This document shows, one piece after another, positions 8,682-17,735 of a stretch of DNA of 64,000 nucleotides. Position 1 is the stretch's first letter, and the number at the start of each line of letters is the position of its first letter. The stretch spans positions 192,001-256,000 of the forward strand of contig CAXXLZ010000003.1 in NCBI GenBank assembly GCA_963675595.2. Reading direction: 5' to 3'. The translations under genes were made by a program, and so were the position numbers. This stretch comes from Thermodesulfobacteriota bacterium. GTDB lineage: Bacteria > Desulfobacterota > Desulfarculia > JACQYL01. The notes under the pieces were generated by a model, which ran no database searches, was not told the DNA's origin, and saw only the letters and a program-made list of their open reading frames with translations.

Positions 8682-10037
8682 GTGTATGAGGCGGAGATGA
8701 GCGCTTGTGGGCATGGCGGCCGGACGAAGTCCGGGTTTCATCTTAATACCGGTGAGATTGGGCGCTTGCGGCGAAGAGGTTTCGGTACGGCCGTCACGCG
8801 CCGGCTGAAATACTTGGCGGTATGCGGTCTCATCCTGCTGTGTGCCTCCGTCTGTGGGGCGCGAATGGAGACCGGTTTAAGTCTGGGGCTACTCTGCCCA
8901 CTCAACGGGCCCCTCTCGGAATTGGGAAAAGACCTGGAACAAGGCGCCGTACTGGCGGTCATGGAAGTCAACGCGGCCGGAGGCGTCCACGGAAAGGAAG
9001 TCAAGTTGGCCGTGGGCGACACCGGAAGCGGTCCCCTCGCGGCCCAGCAAGAGGCGGGAAGATTGCTGGCCTTTGAAGACGTTGATTGCCTTATGGGCGT
9101 TTTGGATCCCGACGTGGCCGATTCGGTGTCCAAACTCTCCGATATTCACAAAGTCATTTTCCTGGGTGCCGGTCATATCAACGATCGTCTCCTTATGGAT
9201 CAATATCACCCATATTATTTTCATGTCACACCGGCCGGTTACCAAATGGTGGCCGCGGCCGGCTTTTACGCGGCGAACCAAGAGTGGAGACGGTTGGTGG
9301 TGTGCGGCGTGGAGAACTCCGCCAACCAAAACTATTTTGAAGAGTTTCGGCAGGTTTTATCCGCCGAAAACAAGGCCGTGACGCTGGATGGGCCGTACTG
9401 GACGGAAGTCGATAATCTCTACTTCAAACCATTGATCGAGTCCATAAGAGCTTCCGAGGCCCAAGCCTTACTCTGTCTATACAGGGGCGCGGACCTGCTG
9501 GAGTTCATTCGTCAGGGCTTGATCCTGGGGCTGTTCGACCGGGTCAAACTTATCTGTCCTTTTGACGGCGATTACTCCCTTCTGTGTAAATTGGACAGGC
9601 GTTTGCCTGAAGGCCAGGTGATGGGAGCATACCACCATCTCAATATGCCGCACTCAGCCGAAAACCGGAATTTCATTTATCGATTCAAGGGGTTGACCGA
9701 TAGGCTGCCTTCACAGGCCGCCCTCGCAGGTTATGTGGCGGTCAAATTCGCCGCGGCCGGCTTTGCGTCGGTTCCGCGGGATGTGGAGGGTGAGCGAGTC
9801 ATCGAAGCCATGGAAGGGCTTGAGCTGGGGTGTCCCTGGGATCCGGAAGGACATACGTCATTCATGCATCCCAAAGCGCATCAGATGTCGGTCTGCCTTG
9901 CGCTCGGCGTCACAGTGGCCTCGGATGCCTTTCCGCCGGCGAAGTGGGGGCTGAAAGAATTTTACCGGGTTATGGCCGAGAAGCTTCTGCCCTCATCTTT
10001 GGAGCTTTTCGAGGGCAGAATTCCGAGTTGGCGCTGA
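8682..10037 (+). CDS. Branched-chain amino acid-type (LivJ/LivK-like) substrate-binding protein (start uncertain)
   Basis: LGLLCPLNGPLSELG...GAVLAVMEVNAAGGVHGKEVKLAVGD motif of type I periplasmic binding proteins. Confidence 0.8.
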   Translation: MYEAEMSACGHGGRTKSGFHLNTGEIGRLRRRGFGTAVTRRLKYLAVCGLILLCASVCGARMETGLSLGLLCPLNGPLSELGKDLEQGAVLAVMEVNAAGGVHGKEVKLAVGDTGSGPLAAQQEAGRLLAFEDVDCLMGVLDPDVADSVSKLSDIHKVIFLGAGHINDRLLMDQYHPYYFHVTPAGYQMVAAAGFYAANQEWRRLVVCGVENSANQNYFEEFRQVLSAENKAVTLDGPYWTEVDNLYFKPLIESIRASEAQALLCLYRGADLLEFIRQGLILGLFDRVKLICPFDGDYSLLCKLDRRLPEGQVMGAYHHLNMPHSAENRNFIYRFKGLTDRLPSQAALAGYVAVKFAAAGFASVPRDVEGERVIEAMEGLELGCPWDPEGHTSFMHPKAHQMSVCLALGVTVASDAFPPAKWGLKEFYRVMAEKLLPSSLELFEGRIPSWR

Positions 10038-10253
10038 GCTTCATTCGGCCTCCCAAGGTTCCTTTTGTGAACATACGCCGCAGAGTCGGCACGCTTTCTC
10101 AACTTGTCGAATAGGGCGTCGGGCGATTAAGATAGTCACTGTGCTCGTTGTCGCACACGCAACCGCAACCCGGGCTTTCCGTCGGTCCGAGACGTGCCTT
10201 TATTCCTAAGCGGAATTCCGGGTTTTCATAGGTTTTACCCACGGAGGATCAGC

Positions 10254-11525
10254 ATGAAAAACGTGGTGGCGGTGGTAATGGCCGGGGGTAGGGGAGAACG
10301 TCTGTACCCGTTGACGCGGGATCGCTCCAAGCCCGCGGTCCCCTTTGGTGGCATCTACAGGATCATCGATGTAACACTGAGCAACTGCATCAATTCGGAA
10401 GTCTACAGGATCATTGTGCTTCCGCAATACAAGAGCCAGTCTCTGGTTGACCACATCGAGGACGGATGGAACATCTTCAGTGCTTCATTGGGACACTATC
10501 TTAGGATCGTGCCCCCGCAGAAAAGAACCGGAGAAGAGTGGTACCAGGGGACAGCCGATTCCGTTCGCCAGAATCTTTATCTACTGGAACGGGCCAATGC
10601 GTCGGAAGTGCTCATCCTGTCCGGGGATCATGTGTATAAGATGGATTATTCCCTGTTCAAGAGGTTTCACAAAGAAAACGACGCGGATTTGACCATCAGC
10701 GTATTCGAAGTGGAACCCAATCGTTCCCGATCTTTTGGAATCGTGGAAGTGGATGATTCAGGGCGAATCGTCGGATTTGAAGAGAAACCCGAACAACCCA
10801 AGATCAATCCGCAGAAGCCCGACGTAGTCTACGCATCTATGGGGGTTTACATTTTCAAAGCGGACGTTCTCATTGATGTACTGGCCAATTCCAAGGAACA
10901 AGATTTCGGTCACAACATTATTCCCTCCATGATCAAGACACATCGGGTTTTCGCGTACCCCTACAAAGAAAAGAACGTGATCCAAGACTATGTCTATACT
11001 CCCAAGGAGGACGGCACCCGAGCTCGGGTGCTGGTGGCTCCCACGCGGGACTCCAAGTACTGGAGAGACGTGGGTGACCTGGACGCCTACTGGAATGCCA
11101 ATATGGACCTCACGGGGATCGATCCCTTTTTCAATCTCTACGGAACCCGTTGGCCTTTGTTGACGTACCAGGCTTTCTCGCCTCCGGCAAAAACGGTTTA
11201 TGCGTCGGAAACCACCGAGAACTACCACGTCGGAAAAGCCCTCGACAGCCTTTTGTCTTCCGGGTGTATCATCAGCGGCGGGTCGGTCAGGAGTTCCGTC
11301 TTGGGCAGGGACGTTTACGTACACAGTTGGGCTCAAGTCGAGGAATCCGTGATTATGGACCGAGTGGAAATTGGTCGTTACGCGAAAATCAAGAAGGCCA
11401 TCATCGATAAAGACAACAGCATACCGCCGAATACCGTCATCGGACATGATCCCTCGGAGGATAGAAAACGATTCACCGTGACACCAAGGGGAATCGTGGT
11501 GGTGCCTAAAGGGTACTTCCGCTGA
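10254..11525 (+). CDS. glgC: Glucose-1-phosphate adenylyltransferase
   Basis: MAGGRGERLYPLTRDRSKPAVPFGGIYRIID, WYQGTADSV, ASMGVYIF, YWRDVG; GGAGG RBS before the ATG at 10254. Confidence 0.96.
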   Translation: MKNVVAVVMAGGRGERLYPLTRDRSKPAVPFGGIYRIIDVTLSNCINSEVYRIIVLPQYKSQSLVDHIEDGWNIFSASLGHYLRIVPPQKRTGEEWYQGTADSVRQNLYLLERANASEVLILSGDHVYKMDYSLFKRFHKENDADLTISVFEVEPNRSRSFGIVEVDDSGRIVGFEEKPEQPKINPQKPDVVYASMGVYIFKADVLIDVLANSKEQDFGHNIIPSMIKTHRVFAYPYKEKNVIQDYVYTPKEDGTRARVLVAPTRDSKYWRDVGDLDAYWNANMDLTGIDPFFNLYGTRWPLLTYQAFSPPAKTVYASETTENYHVGKALDSLLSSGCIISGGSVRSSVLGRDVYVHSWAQVEESVIMDRVEIGRYAKIKKAIIDKDNSIPPNTVIGHDPSEDRKRFTVTPRGIVVVPKGYFR

Positions 11526-11558
11526 ACGCGGAGGGCGGAGAGGCGGGAAAGTCGACTT

Positions 11559-12029
11559 ATGAGTGAGAGCCCGGAAAAAGCGCGGATCGTCGCGGTGTGT
11601 GTGAGCAAGCACAAAGGTACTACCAAAACCCCCGTAACCTTTATTGACTTGGCCGTGGGACACGGCGTATCCGGCGACGCGCATGCCGGAGACTGGCACA
11701 GGCAATTGAGTCTACTCGGGGTTGAAAGCATTGAAAGAATGAGGCAAAAGGGGCTGGATGTCCAACCCGGGAGCTTTGCGGAGAACGTCACAACCGCCGG
11801 AATCGATCTTCCCGCTTTGCCTGTGGGAACACGGCTGCGATTGGGGAGAAGTGCCGTGGTGGAAATCACCCAGATCGGGAAAGAGTGCCACACACGGTGC
11901 GCCGTCTACTACAAGGCCGGAGATTGTGTTATGCCCAGGGAGGGTATCTTCGCGCGGATTCTTGAGGAAGGCCGTGTAGAAGCGGGAGACTTGATCGAGA
12001 TCATCCGGTTTCCGGGGGACCGGAGCTAA
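11559..12029 (+). CDS. MOSC domain protein
   Basis: GDAHAGDWHRQLSLL, PGSFAENVTT, EITQIGKECH..C...CVMPREGIFA. Confidence 0.9.
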   Translation: MSESPEKARIVAVCVSKHKGTTKTPVTFIDLAVGHGVSGDAHAGDWHRQLSLLGVESIERMRQKGLDVQPGSFAENVTTAGIDLPALPVGTRLRLGRSAVVEITQIGKECHTRCAVYYKAGDCVMPREGIFARILEEGRVEAGDLIEIIRFPGDRS

Positions 12030-12046
12030 ACCTTTCGGGGAGGAAT

Positions 12047-13204
12047 TTGATGAACGTGCCCCTGTTGGATCTGAGAGCCCAGTTGACGCCCATCCGCGAC
12101 GAAATCCTCGCCGCGGTCACCGAAGTGGTGGATTCCGGCCGTTATATTTTGGGGCCCAAGGTGGAGGCTTTTGAGCGTGAAATGGCGAATTACGTGGGAA
12201 CCCGACATGCCGTAGGCGTGAGCTCGGGTACCGACGCCTTGTTGATTGCCCTAATGGTGATGAATATCGGGCCCGGTGACCAAGTGGTGACAACTCCGTT
12301 TTCGTTTTTCGCCACGGCCGGGGTGATTTCTCGAGTGGGTGCGAGCCCGGTGTTCGTCGACATCGATCCTGAAACATTTAACATCGACCCTGCCTCCTTG
12401 AGGCGATTGCCGTCTTCCGAGAGAATCAAGGCGGTGATGCCGGTGCATCTCTACGGGCAGTGCGCCGATATGGAACCCATTCTTGGGTTGGCTCGAGATC
12501 GCGGTTGGCATGTGATCGAGGACGCCGCCCAGGCGGTGGGGGCGGAGTACCCCACACCGGACGGAGTCAAGAAGGCCGGATCCATGGGTACCATGGGAGC
12601 CTTCAGCTTCTTCCCCAGCAAGAACTTGGGATGCTTGGGGGACGGAGGCTTGGTGACCACCGACGACGGAGAAGTCTACGAGAAGCTGGTGATGTTCAGG
12701 ACCCACGGCGCCAAACCGAAATATTACCATCGCTATGTGGGCGGAAATTTCCGGATCGATCCTCTCCAGACCGCCGTTCTGTCTGTGAAGCTTCCCTATC
12801 TGGACGATTGGCATCTTTCCAGAATGGAAAACGCCGCTCGCTACGACGCCCTGTTCGCCTCGAGCAAGCCGGCGGAGGAAGGGGCGATCGCGCTTCCCAA
12901 GAAAGCTTGGGAGGGCAATGGGCTTCGGCATCCCCACATCTACAATCAATACGTCATTCGTGTGCGTGGAGACCAACGCGACGCCCTCAAGAAATATCTG
13001 GGGGAGGCCGGAGTGGGCACCGAGATTTACTATCCGGTACCTTTTCACATGCAGGAGTGCTTCAGGTATCTGGGGTACCGGGAAGGAGATTTTCCGGAGG
13101 CTGAAGCGGCCTGCCGGGAAGTTCTGGCTCTTCCCGTTTATCCTGAACTGACGCGGGAAATGCAGGAATACGTAGTGGATCGCATCGCGTCGTTCTTCGG
13201 ATGA
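12047..13204 (+). CDS. DegT/DnrJ/EryC1/StrS PLP-dependent sugar aminotransferase
   Basis: VSSGTDAL, PVHLYGQ, IEDAAQA, FSFFPSKNLG (PLP Lys). Confidence 0.93.
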   Translation: MMNVPLLDLRAQLTPIRDEILAAVTEVVDSGRYILGPKVEAFEREMANYVGTRHAVGVSSGTDALLIALMVMNIGPGDQVVTTPFSFFATAGVISRVGASPVFVDIDPETFNIDPASLRRLPSSERIKAVMPVHLYGQCADMEPILGLARDRGWHVIEDAAQAVGAEYPTPDGVKKAGSMGTMGAFSFFPSKNLGCLGDGGLVTTDDGEVYEKLVMFRTHGAKPKYYHRYVGGNFRIDPLQTAVLSVKLPYLDDWHLSRMENAARYDALFASSKPAEEGAIALPKKAWEGNGLRHPHIYNQYVIRVRGDQRDALKKYLGEAGVGTEIYYPVPFHMQECFRYLGYREGDFPEAEAACREVLALPVYPELTREMQEYVVDRIASFFG

Positions 13205-13221
13205 GTCACGTCGGGTCCAAT

Positions 13222-13278
13222 AAAAAAACCCTTCAGAGTTCTCGGCCCGTGGGCCACAGGTGAACTCCTGAAGGGTTT
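13222..13278 (-). terminator. Terminator between the convergent DegT and PxxKW genes
   Basis: Long inverted repeat AAACCCTTCAG-AGTTC...GAACT-CCTGAAGGGTTT with a T7 tail on the minus strand. Confidence 0.7.
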
Positions 13279-13295
13279 CCCGTTTGAGGACCCGT

Positions 13296-13574
13296 TCAGT
13301 GGGCTTTGCGTTTGGATGCCTTGAGAGGATTGACTTTCTGATCCTTCTTGGCGGCGGCCTTCACCACGTGAGTGGCCAGGTTGCAGCTTCCTACGCGCCA
13401 CTTGGCGGCCGGATCCGGAAACACGCTGCAAAAACGACCGGAGGACAGTTCGAGGATCTTTCCACAGCTTTCACACGCCTCGACGACGGTGTGGCAGCTT
13501 CCCCCGTTGAACGTGCATCCCTTCTTCGTCATGAATGCGCAGTTGACTCCCGGTTTCAAGGTCTGACAGTCCAT
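13296..13574 (-). CDS. PxxKW family cysteine-rich protein
   Basis: Eight Cys plus a His, FPDPAAKW, CNLATH, KVNPLKASKR C-terminus. Confidence 0.85.
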   Translation of the reverse strand: MDCQTLKPGVNCAFMTKKGCTFNGGSCHTVVEACESCGKILELSSGRFCSVFPDPAAKWRVGSCNLATHVVKAAAKKDQKVNPLKASKRKAH

Positions 13575-13628
13575 TGGAATCACCCCCTTATAGGATATTT
13601 TCTAAGGTTTGGAGAGAAGTTCGGGTGA

Positions 13629-13656
13629 CATATAACCGAACCTCCGTCTTTGTCAA
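13629..13656 (-). promoter_or_regulatory. Sigma-70 promoter of the PxxKW gene
   Basis: Minus strand TTGACA-16 nt-TATATG. Confidence 0.5.
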
Positions 13657-13874
13657 GAAAAACCGACCCGCAAGTTAATGATCCCCTGAAACGAAATCAA
13701 GGGTTTAAATTTCGTAACACGAAAAAAAGATGGTTCCGTGGTGGAGTTTTCCGTGGGTTTATCAACCCGAATGACGTGAGGTACATGAACCATCGGAGCT
13801 GCATTGGGGAACGAGTTTGCTTCGGACCCGCTGTCAAGCCCCCAGTTTTTGGTCCAGGAGTTATGAGAGTTTTA

Positions 13875-14786
13875 TCATGACTCGCGGTTTTCCATCCCCG
13901 GCCCTTGGGGCCACGGCGAAGCCGAGCTGAGCGAGGCGGAGTCGAGGCCCCAAGGGCTCGCCGCGAACTGGGCCGGGGTCATGTAATTCAATGCACTGTG
14001 CGGTCTTTCCTCGTTATAGACTTTCCGCCATTTGGCGGCCAGAGTCTGCGCTTCCTTGATGTTGTTGAAAATTTCCATGTTCAAGAATTCATCCCGAAAA
14101 CGGCTGTTGAAACTTTCCACGTACCCGTTCTGCCAAGGGGCTCCCGGCTCGACGAAAAAGGTTCCCACTCCCAGGTCTTTCAGCCAATTTCTCACCTTTT
14201 GGGCTATAAATTCGGGACCGTTATCCGATCGAATGCCCGTTGGAACTCCCCGCTCGCCCATCAATCGGCTCAGCTCGTTCAAAACGTCTTCACCCGTAAT
14301 GGAGCGGTTGATCCTCAGGGCCAGGTTTTCCCGAGTAAACTCGTCGACAATGGCCAAGCACTTGAACTGACGGCCGTCGACCAAGCGGTCATGAATGAAA
14401 TCCAACGTCCAGACATCATTTGCAAAAGCCGCCTTACGCTTGTTGCACGCATTGGCATCAACTCCCAGGAAGCGTTTCTTCTTGGCTTTTCGAGGTACCT
14501 TGAATCCTTCCTCTTTCCAAAGTCTATGAATTCGCTTGTAGTTTACCGCCCACCCCGCATCACGCAGCAGCCGAGTGATCCTACGGCATCCAAAACGGGG
14601 ATGTTCTCCAACCAACCGGTGAAGAGCCTTGATCAGTTCCACCTCATCGTCCCGTTCCTTCGGCTCATAACGTTGGGTGGATCGGTGTTGACCGGCTACG
14701 CGGCAGGCCCGACGCTCTGAAGCGGCATGTTCACTTCGAACATAATCAACCGCTTTCCTACGACGCGCCGGGCTTAGAAGTTTCCC
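13875..14786 (-). CDS. IS3 transposase OrfB (DDE domain), reached by -1 frameshift
   Basis: The -1 frame is open from the slippery site (KLLSPARRRKAV...SERRACR...HRSTQRY); DDE motifs WTLDFIHD, RSDNGPEF, NGYVESFNSRFRDE. Confidence 0.92.
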   Translation of the reverse strand, partial: GKLLSPARRRKAVDYVRSEHAASERRACRVAGQHRSTQRYEPKERDDEVELIKALHRLVGEHPRFGCRRITRLLRDAGWAVNYKRIHRLWKEEGFKVPRKAKKKRFLGVDANACNKRKAAFANDVWTLDFIHDRLVDGRQFKCLAIVDEFTRENLALRINRSITGEDVLNELSRLMGERGVPTGIRSDNGPEFIAQKVRNWLKDLGVGTFFVEPGAPWQNGYVESFNSRFRDEFLNMEIFNNIKEAQTLAAKWRKVYNEERPHSALNYMTPAQFAASPWGLDSASLSSASPWPQGPGMENRES

Positions 14787-15055
14787 TCCGCAAGATCCTT
14801 CAGCATTGCCTTGTCCAACATCAGATCGGCGACCAGCTTTTTTAAGCGTGCATTTTCCTTTTCCAGTTCTTTTAGCCGTTTGGCCTCCTCAGCCTTCATC
14901 CCCCCATACTGGTTTCGCCACCGGTGGTACGTCGCCTCGCTCACCTCCAGCGATTGGCAAACCTGCGCTATCGTCTGCCCTGCCGTCAGACGACGGTCCG
15001 CGTCTTCAAGTTTCCGGATGATTTGCTCCGCGCTGTGTCTCTTTCTCTTGGCCAT
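14774..15055 (-). CDS. IS3 transposase OrfA
   Basis: MAKRKRHSAEQIIRKL...VSEATYHRWR..YGGM...RLKELEKENARLKKLVADL; AAGGAG RBS. Confidence 0.93.
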   Translation of the reverse strand: MAKRKRHSAEQIIRKLEDADRRLTAGQTIAQVCQSLEVSEATYHRWRNQYGGMKAEEAKRLKELEKENARLKKLVADLMLDKAMLKDLAEGNF

Positions 15056-15415
15056 GCAAAAAGTCTCCTTCCGTTCTTTGGGCATTCAGACTCTCATTAT
15101 ACATGGACCAATTATCGGGGGGCATTCCACCGCCACTGCGGGCTCCGTCTCGTGGAAAACGGAGCCGTGATACCGGTTCGGAACTCTCAAACCGGGACGC
15201 CCTCGTCTGAAACCGCGCATCTCGCGCCTCTTCCCCCACCCACGGAAACTCTTGATTCCGGTTGCGACATACAGGCAAACAGCCCTCACGAGAATCTTGC
15301 GTAAGATTCTTTCAATCTTCCTCGAATGGATACGTAGGTCCTTTCTGTCGATTAGGCTCGCTCCCGAGTCGTTGTCCATGAAAATCCGAGAAAAGGGACG
15401 GCTCTTTTTACAGCA

Positions 15416-15432
15416 TGTAAAATTTTTTAACA
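15416..15432. promoter_or_regulatory. Candidate upstream activator site for a sigma-54 enhancer-binding protein
   Basis: TGT-N11-ACA (TGTAAAATTTTTTAACA), overlapping the palindrome TTTTACA-GCA-TGTAAAA, about 100 bp upstream of the -24/-12 motif. Confidence 0.45.
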
Positions 15433-15525
15433 ACAGAGCCTCCTCAGGAATTTCATCTCTCCCGCATTCCTCCCAAAAATGAACTGTTGGATCGGACCGT
15501 TACCTCTCTCTTGCTTTCTCGGAAT

Positions 15526-15541
15526 TGGCACACAGGTTGCA
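15526..15541 (+). promoter_or_regulatory. Sigma-54 (-24/-12) promoter
   Basis: TGGCAC-ACAGG-TTGCA matches the TGGCAC-N5-TTGC consensus. Confidence 0.8.
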
Positions 15542-15779
15542 TAATCCTATCGAGTCACACGAGACAAACTCGTGTTCCACAGGAAGACCCCAAAAGATAG
15601 GGATGGATTTCCCTTTCGAGGGGAGGCCGCCTGAGGGCCTCGGCGAACTGCGGAAGACGGTCCGAACGTCTTTTCTTTGGCCGCCGGACCAGGGCCGCCT
15701 CCTCATATGGAGCAGAGGCGTGCACTGGGGTCTTCAGTATGCAAATGCTTCGCAAGACCAAACCAAAATTGGAGAAACC

Positions 15780-17594
15780 ATGAAAAAATATCGTCCTCTT
15801 TTTCTATCGGCTTTCGTAATGGTCATTGTCATCGCGTCTCAAGTCTCGTGGGGAGCGAGCCGGCTCGAGCAAGGTCGAACAGGCGTAATCATGGAGGTTT
15901 ACAATCCCACCGGAGCCGTCCAAGTCAAACTCCTTCATGCACCGCGCATGCGAGAGCTTGAGAATATGACGATCTGCGAGTTGTCCGACCATATGTGGGA
16001 GTCCCATAGAACGTTTCCCGTGCTCAGGGAACTGTTGAACCGGCGATTTCCCAAGGCGACCGTCGTGCCGTACAATGAACTTCCGAATGCCTACGGCGTT
16101 GACTCGGCATCGCTTGAGAAGATGATTCGTGAGAAAGGATGTGACGGGGTCATCGTCGGCAATGCGGCTTGAGGGTCCTGTTCCGTAGAATGCGGCCGGG
16201 CTGCCGCAATCATTGAGAAGATGGGAATTCCCACCGTTATTATCACCCGTGAGGGGTTTGACGGTGTGGTAGAGAATGCATTCTCCAGCAAAGGGTTCTC
16301 CATGGAGGCCGCCCATGTGGTCTATCCCTCCAACATGTTCCTCCCGGGAAGCGAGCTGGATCCCTTGGCATCGAGCTTGGACCGGCTGGTCGCCGGTATC
16401 ACCTCGTGGGAACCGGAAGTCAAACGGCAAACCATTTTCACTCCGGAGCATATTACGGTTCTGGGCGAGGATCGTGAAGATGCCGCCGAGAGGATCAATG
16501 AACGTTTCCTGCAGGAGATGTGGGCGGATGGGCTCCCCATCGTGCCACCCACCAAAGAACGGGTCGAATGGATGATGACCGGAACGGATCTTCCTCCCGA
16601 CGCGGTGATCGGCGAAATTCTGCCCAGAGGAGGCATCGCTACGGTGGAGACACTTGCGGTCAACCTTGTGATGGCCGGAGGGCGTCCCGAGTACATGCCG
16701 GTATTTCTCGCAGCGGTGGAGGCCATCGTGAACCCCAAATTGAGACACCAACGAATGAATACGACCACCAATTCCACTTATCCCGTGGTGATCGTCAACG
16801 GGCCCGTGGCGAAACAAATTCCTCTGAACTCCGGCTATGGGTGTCTTGGTCCCGACCCGCTTCATTTCGCCGGGGCCTCCATCGGTCGAGCCATTCGGTT
16901 CGTGTTGATGAATGTGGGCGGGGCCATGCCCGGAAAGACCAGCATGGCCATCTACGGCGGACCAGCCAGGTACACCGGCCTTGTATTTGCCGAAGACGAA
17001 GCGGGGATTCCGGCGGACTGGAGTTCCTTGGGCGAAGAACAGGGGTATTCACGGGACCGTAATGTTGTGACGGTGTATGCAGTATCCGGTACCACCAACA
17101 TCCCGGGCGGCGAGACGGGCACCGACAAGGCGGTTCTCGCTTCTCTCAATCGGGCGGCGGGATGCATGGGAATACCCGTCGGCAATTACTGGTTCATGAC
17201 GTATCACCCGAAGGGTACTGCGGGCATTCTTCTCATGGCCCGGGGAACGGCACAGGGCCTGTCCGCCGGAGGGTGGTCCAAGGAGGCGGTCAAGAGATAT
17301 CTGTGGGAACACTCAAAAGTGCCTGCAGCCGAACTGGGGCCGCGGATCGAGGCGTGGTGGATGCCCGATGAAGATATTCTTCAGGATCCCATGCCCATCA
17401 GCATGTTTCCGGATGGTATCAGAATAGTCGTGGCGGGTGGAGACCAGTCCGGACACATGATGTGGCTTCAGGTGGGGTGTTGTCCGGAAGAGCTCACCAG
17501 CGCCGAAGTTCGCCTCCCGAAGGCGTGGGATGAACTATTGAAGCAGGCGAAAGGCTGTTTGGGTGCGTGCGCCGCGCATCCGAACAGCCATTGA
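15780..17594 (+). CDS. UGSC-family selenoprotein fused to a large C-terminal domain (604 aa with Sec at TGA 16170-16172), predicted signal peptide
   Basis: ORFs 15525-16172 and 16221-17594 are in the same frame and separated by one TGA, reading CDGVIVGNAA-U-GSCSVECGRAAAIIEKMGIPTV; hairpin TGCGGC/GCCGCA just downstream; GGAG RBS before ATG 15780; C-terminal domain with WADGLPIVPPT and VMAGGRPEYMPV. Confidence 0.85.
16191..16208 (+). promoter_or_regulatory. Candidate bacterial SECIS element
   Basis: Stem TGCGGC/GCCGCA with G-containing loop CGGGCT; the loop starts 24 nt after the UGA. Confidence 0.6.
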
Positions 17595-17735
17595 ACGCCT
17601 GTCCACTGTGCCCCGACCGGTACACCAAAGGACTACATCCGATTGTGAGCGGTCGGGGCTTTTCCAAGGGTCGTGCGGCGTTAGATCAACCGGTGTCCGG
17701 AAAGCCGTAAGGCCGTCCAAATAGCCCTTCGGCTC

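Larger units (their letters stand above)
13832..15129 (-). mobile_element. IS3-family insertion sequence (IS407-like), apparently intact
   Basis: TG...CA ends; imperfect terminal IRs TGTCAAGCCCCCAGTTTTTGGTCCAGGAGTTATGAGAGT vs TGGAATGCCCCCCGATAATTGGTCCATGTATAATGAGAGT; 4-bp target duplication CCGC at 13828-13831 and 15130-15133; orfA + orfB. Confidence 0.95.
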
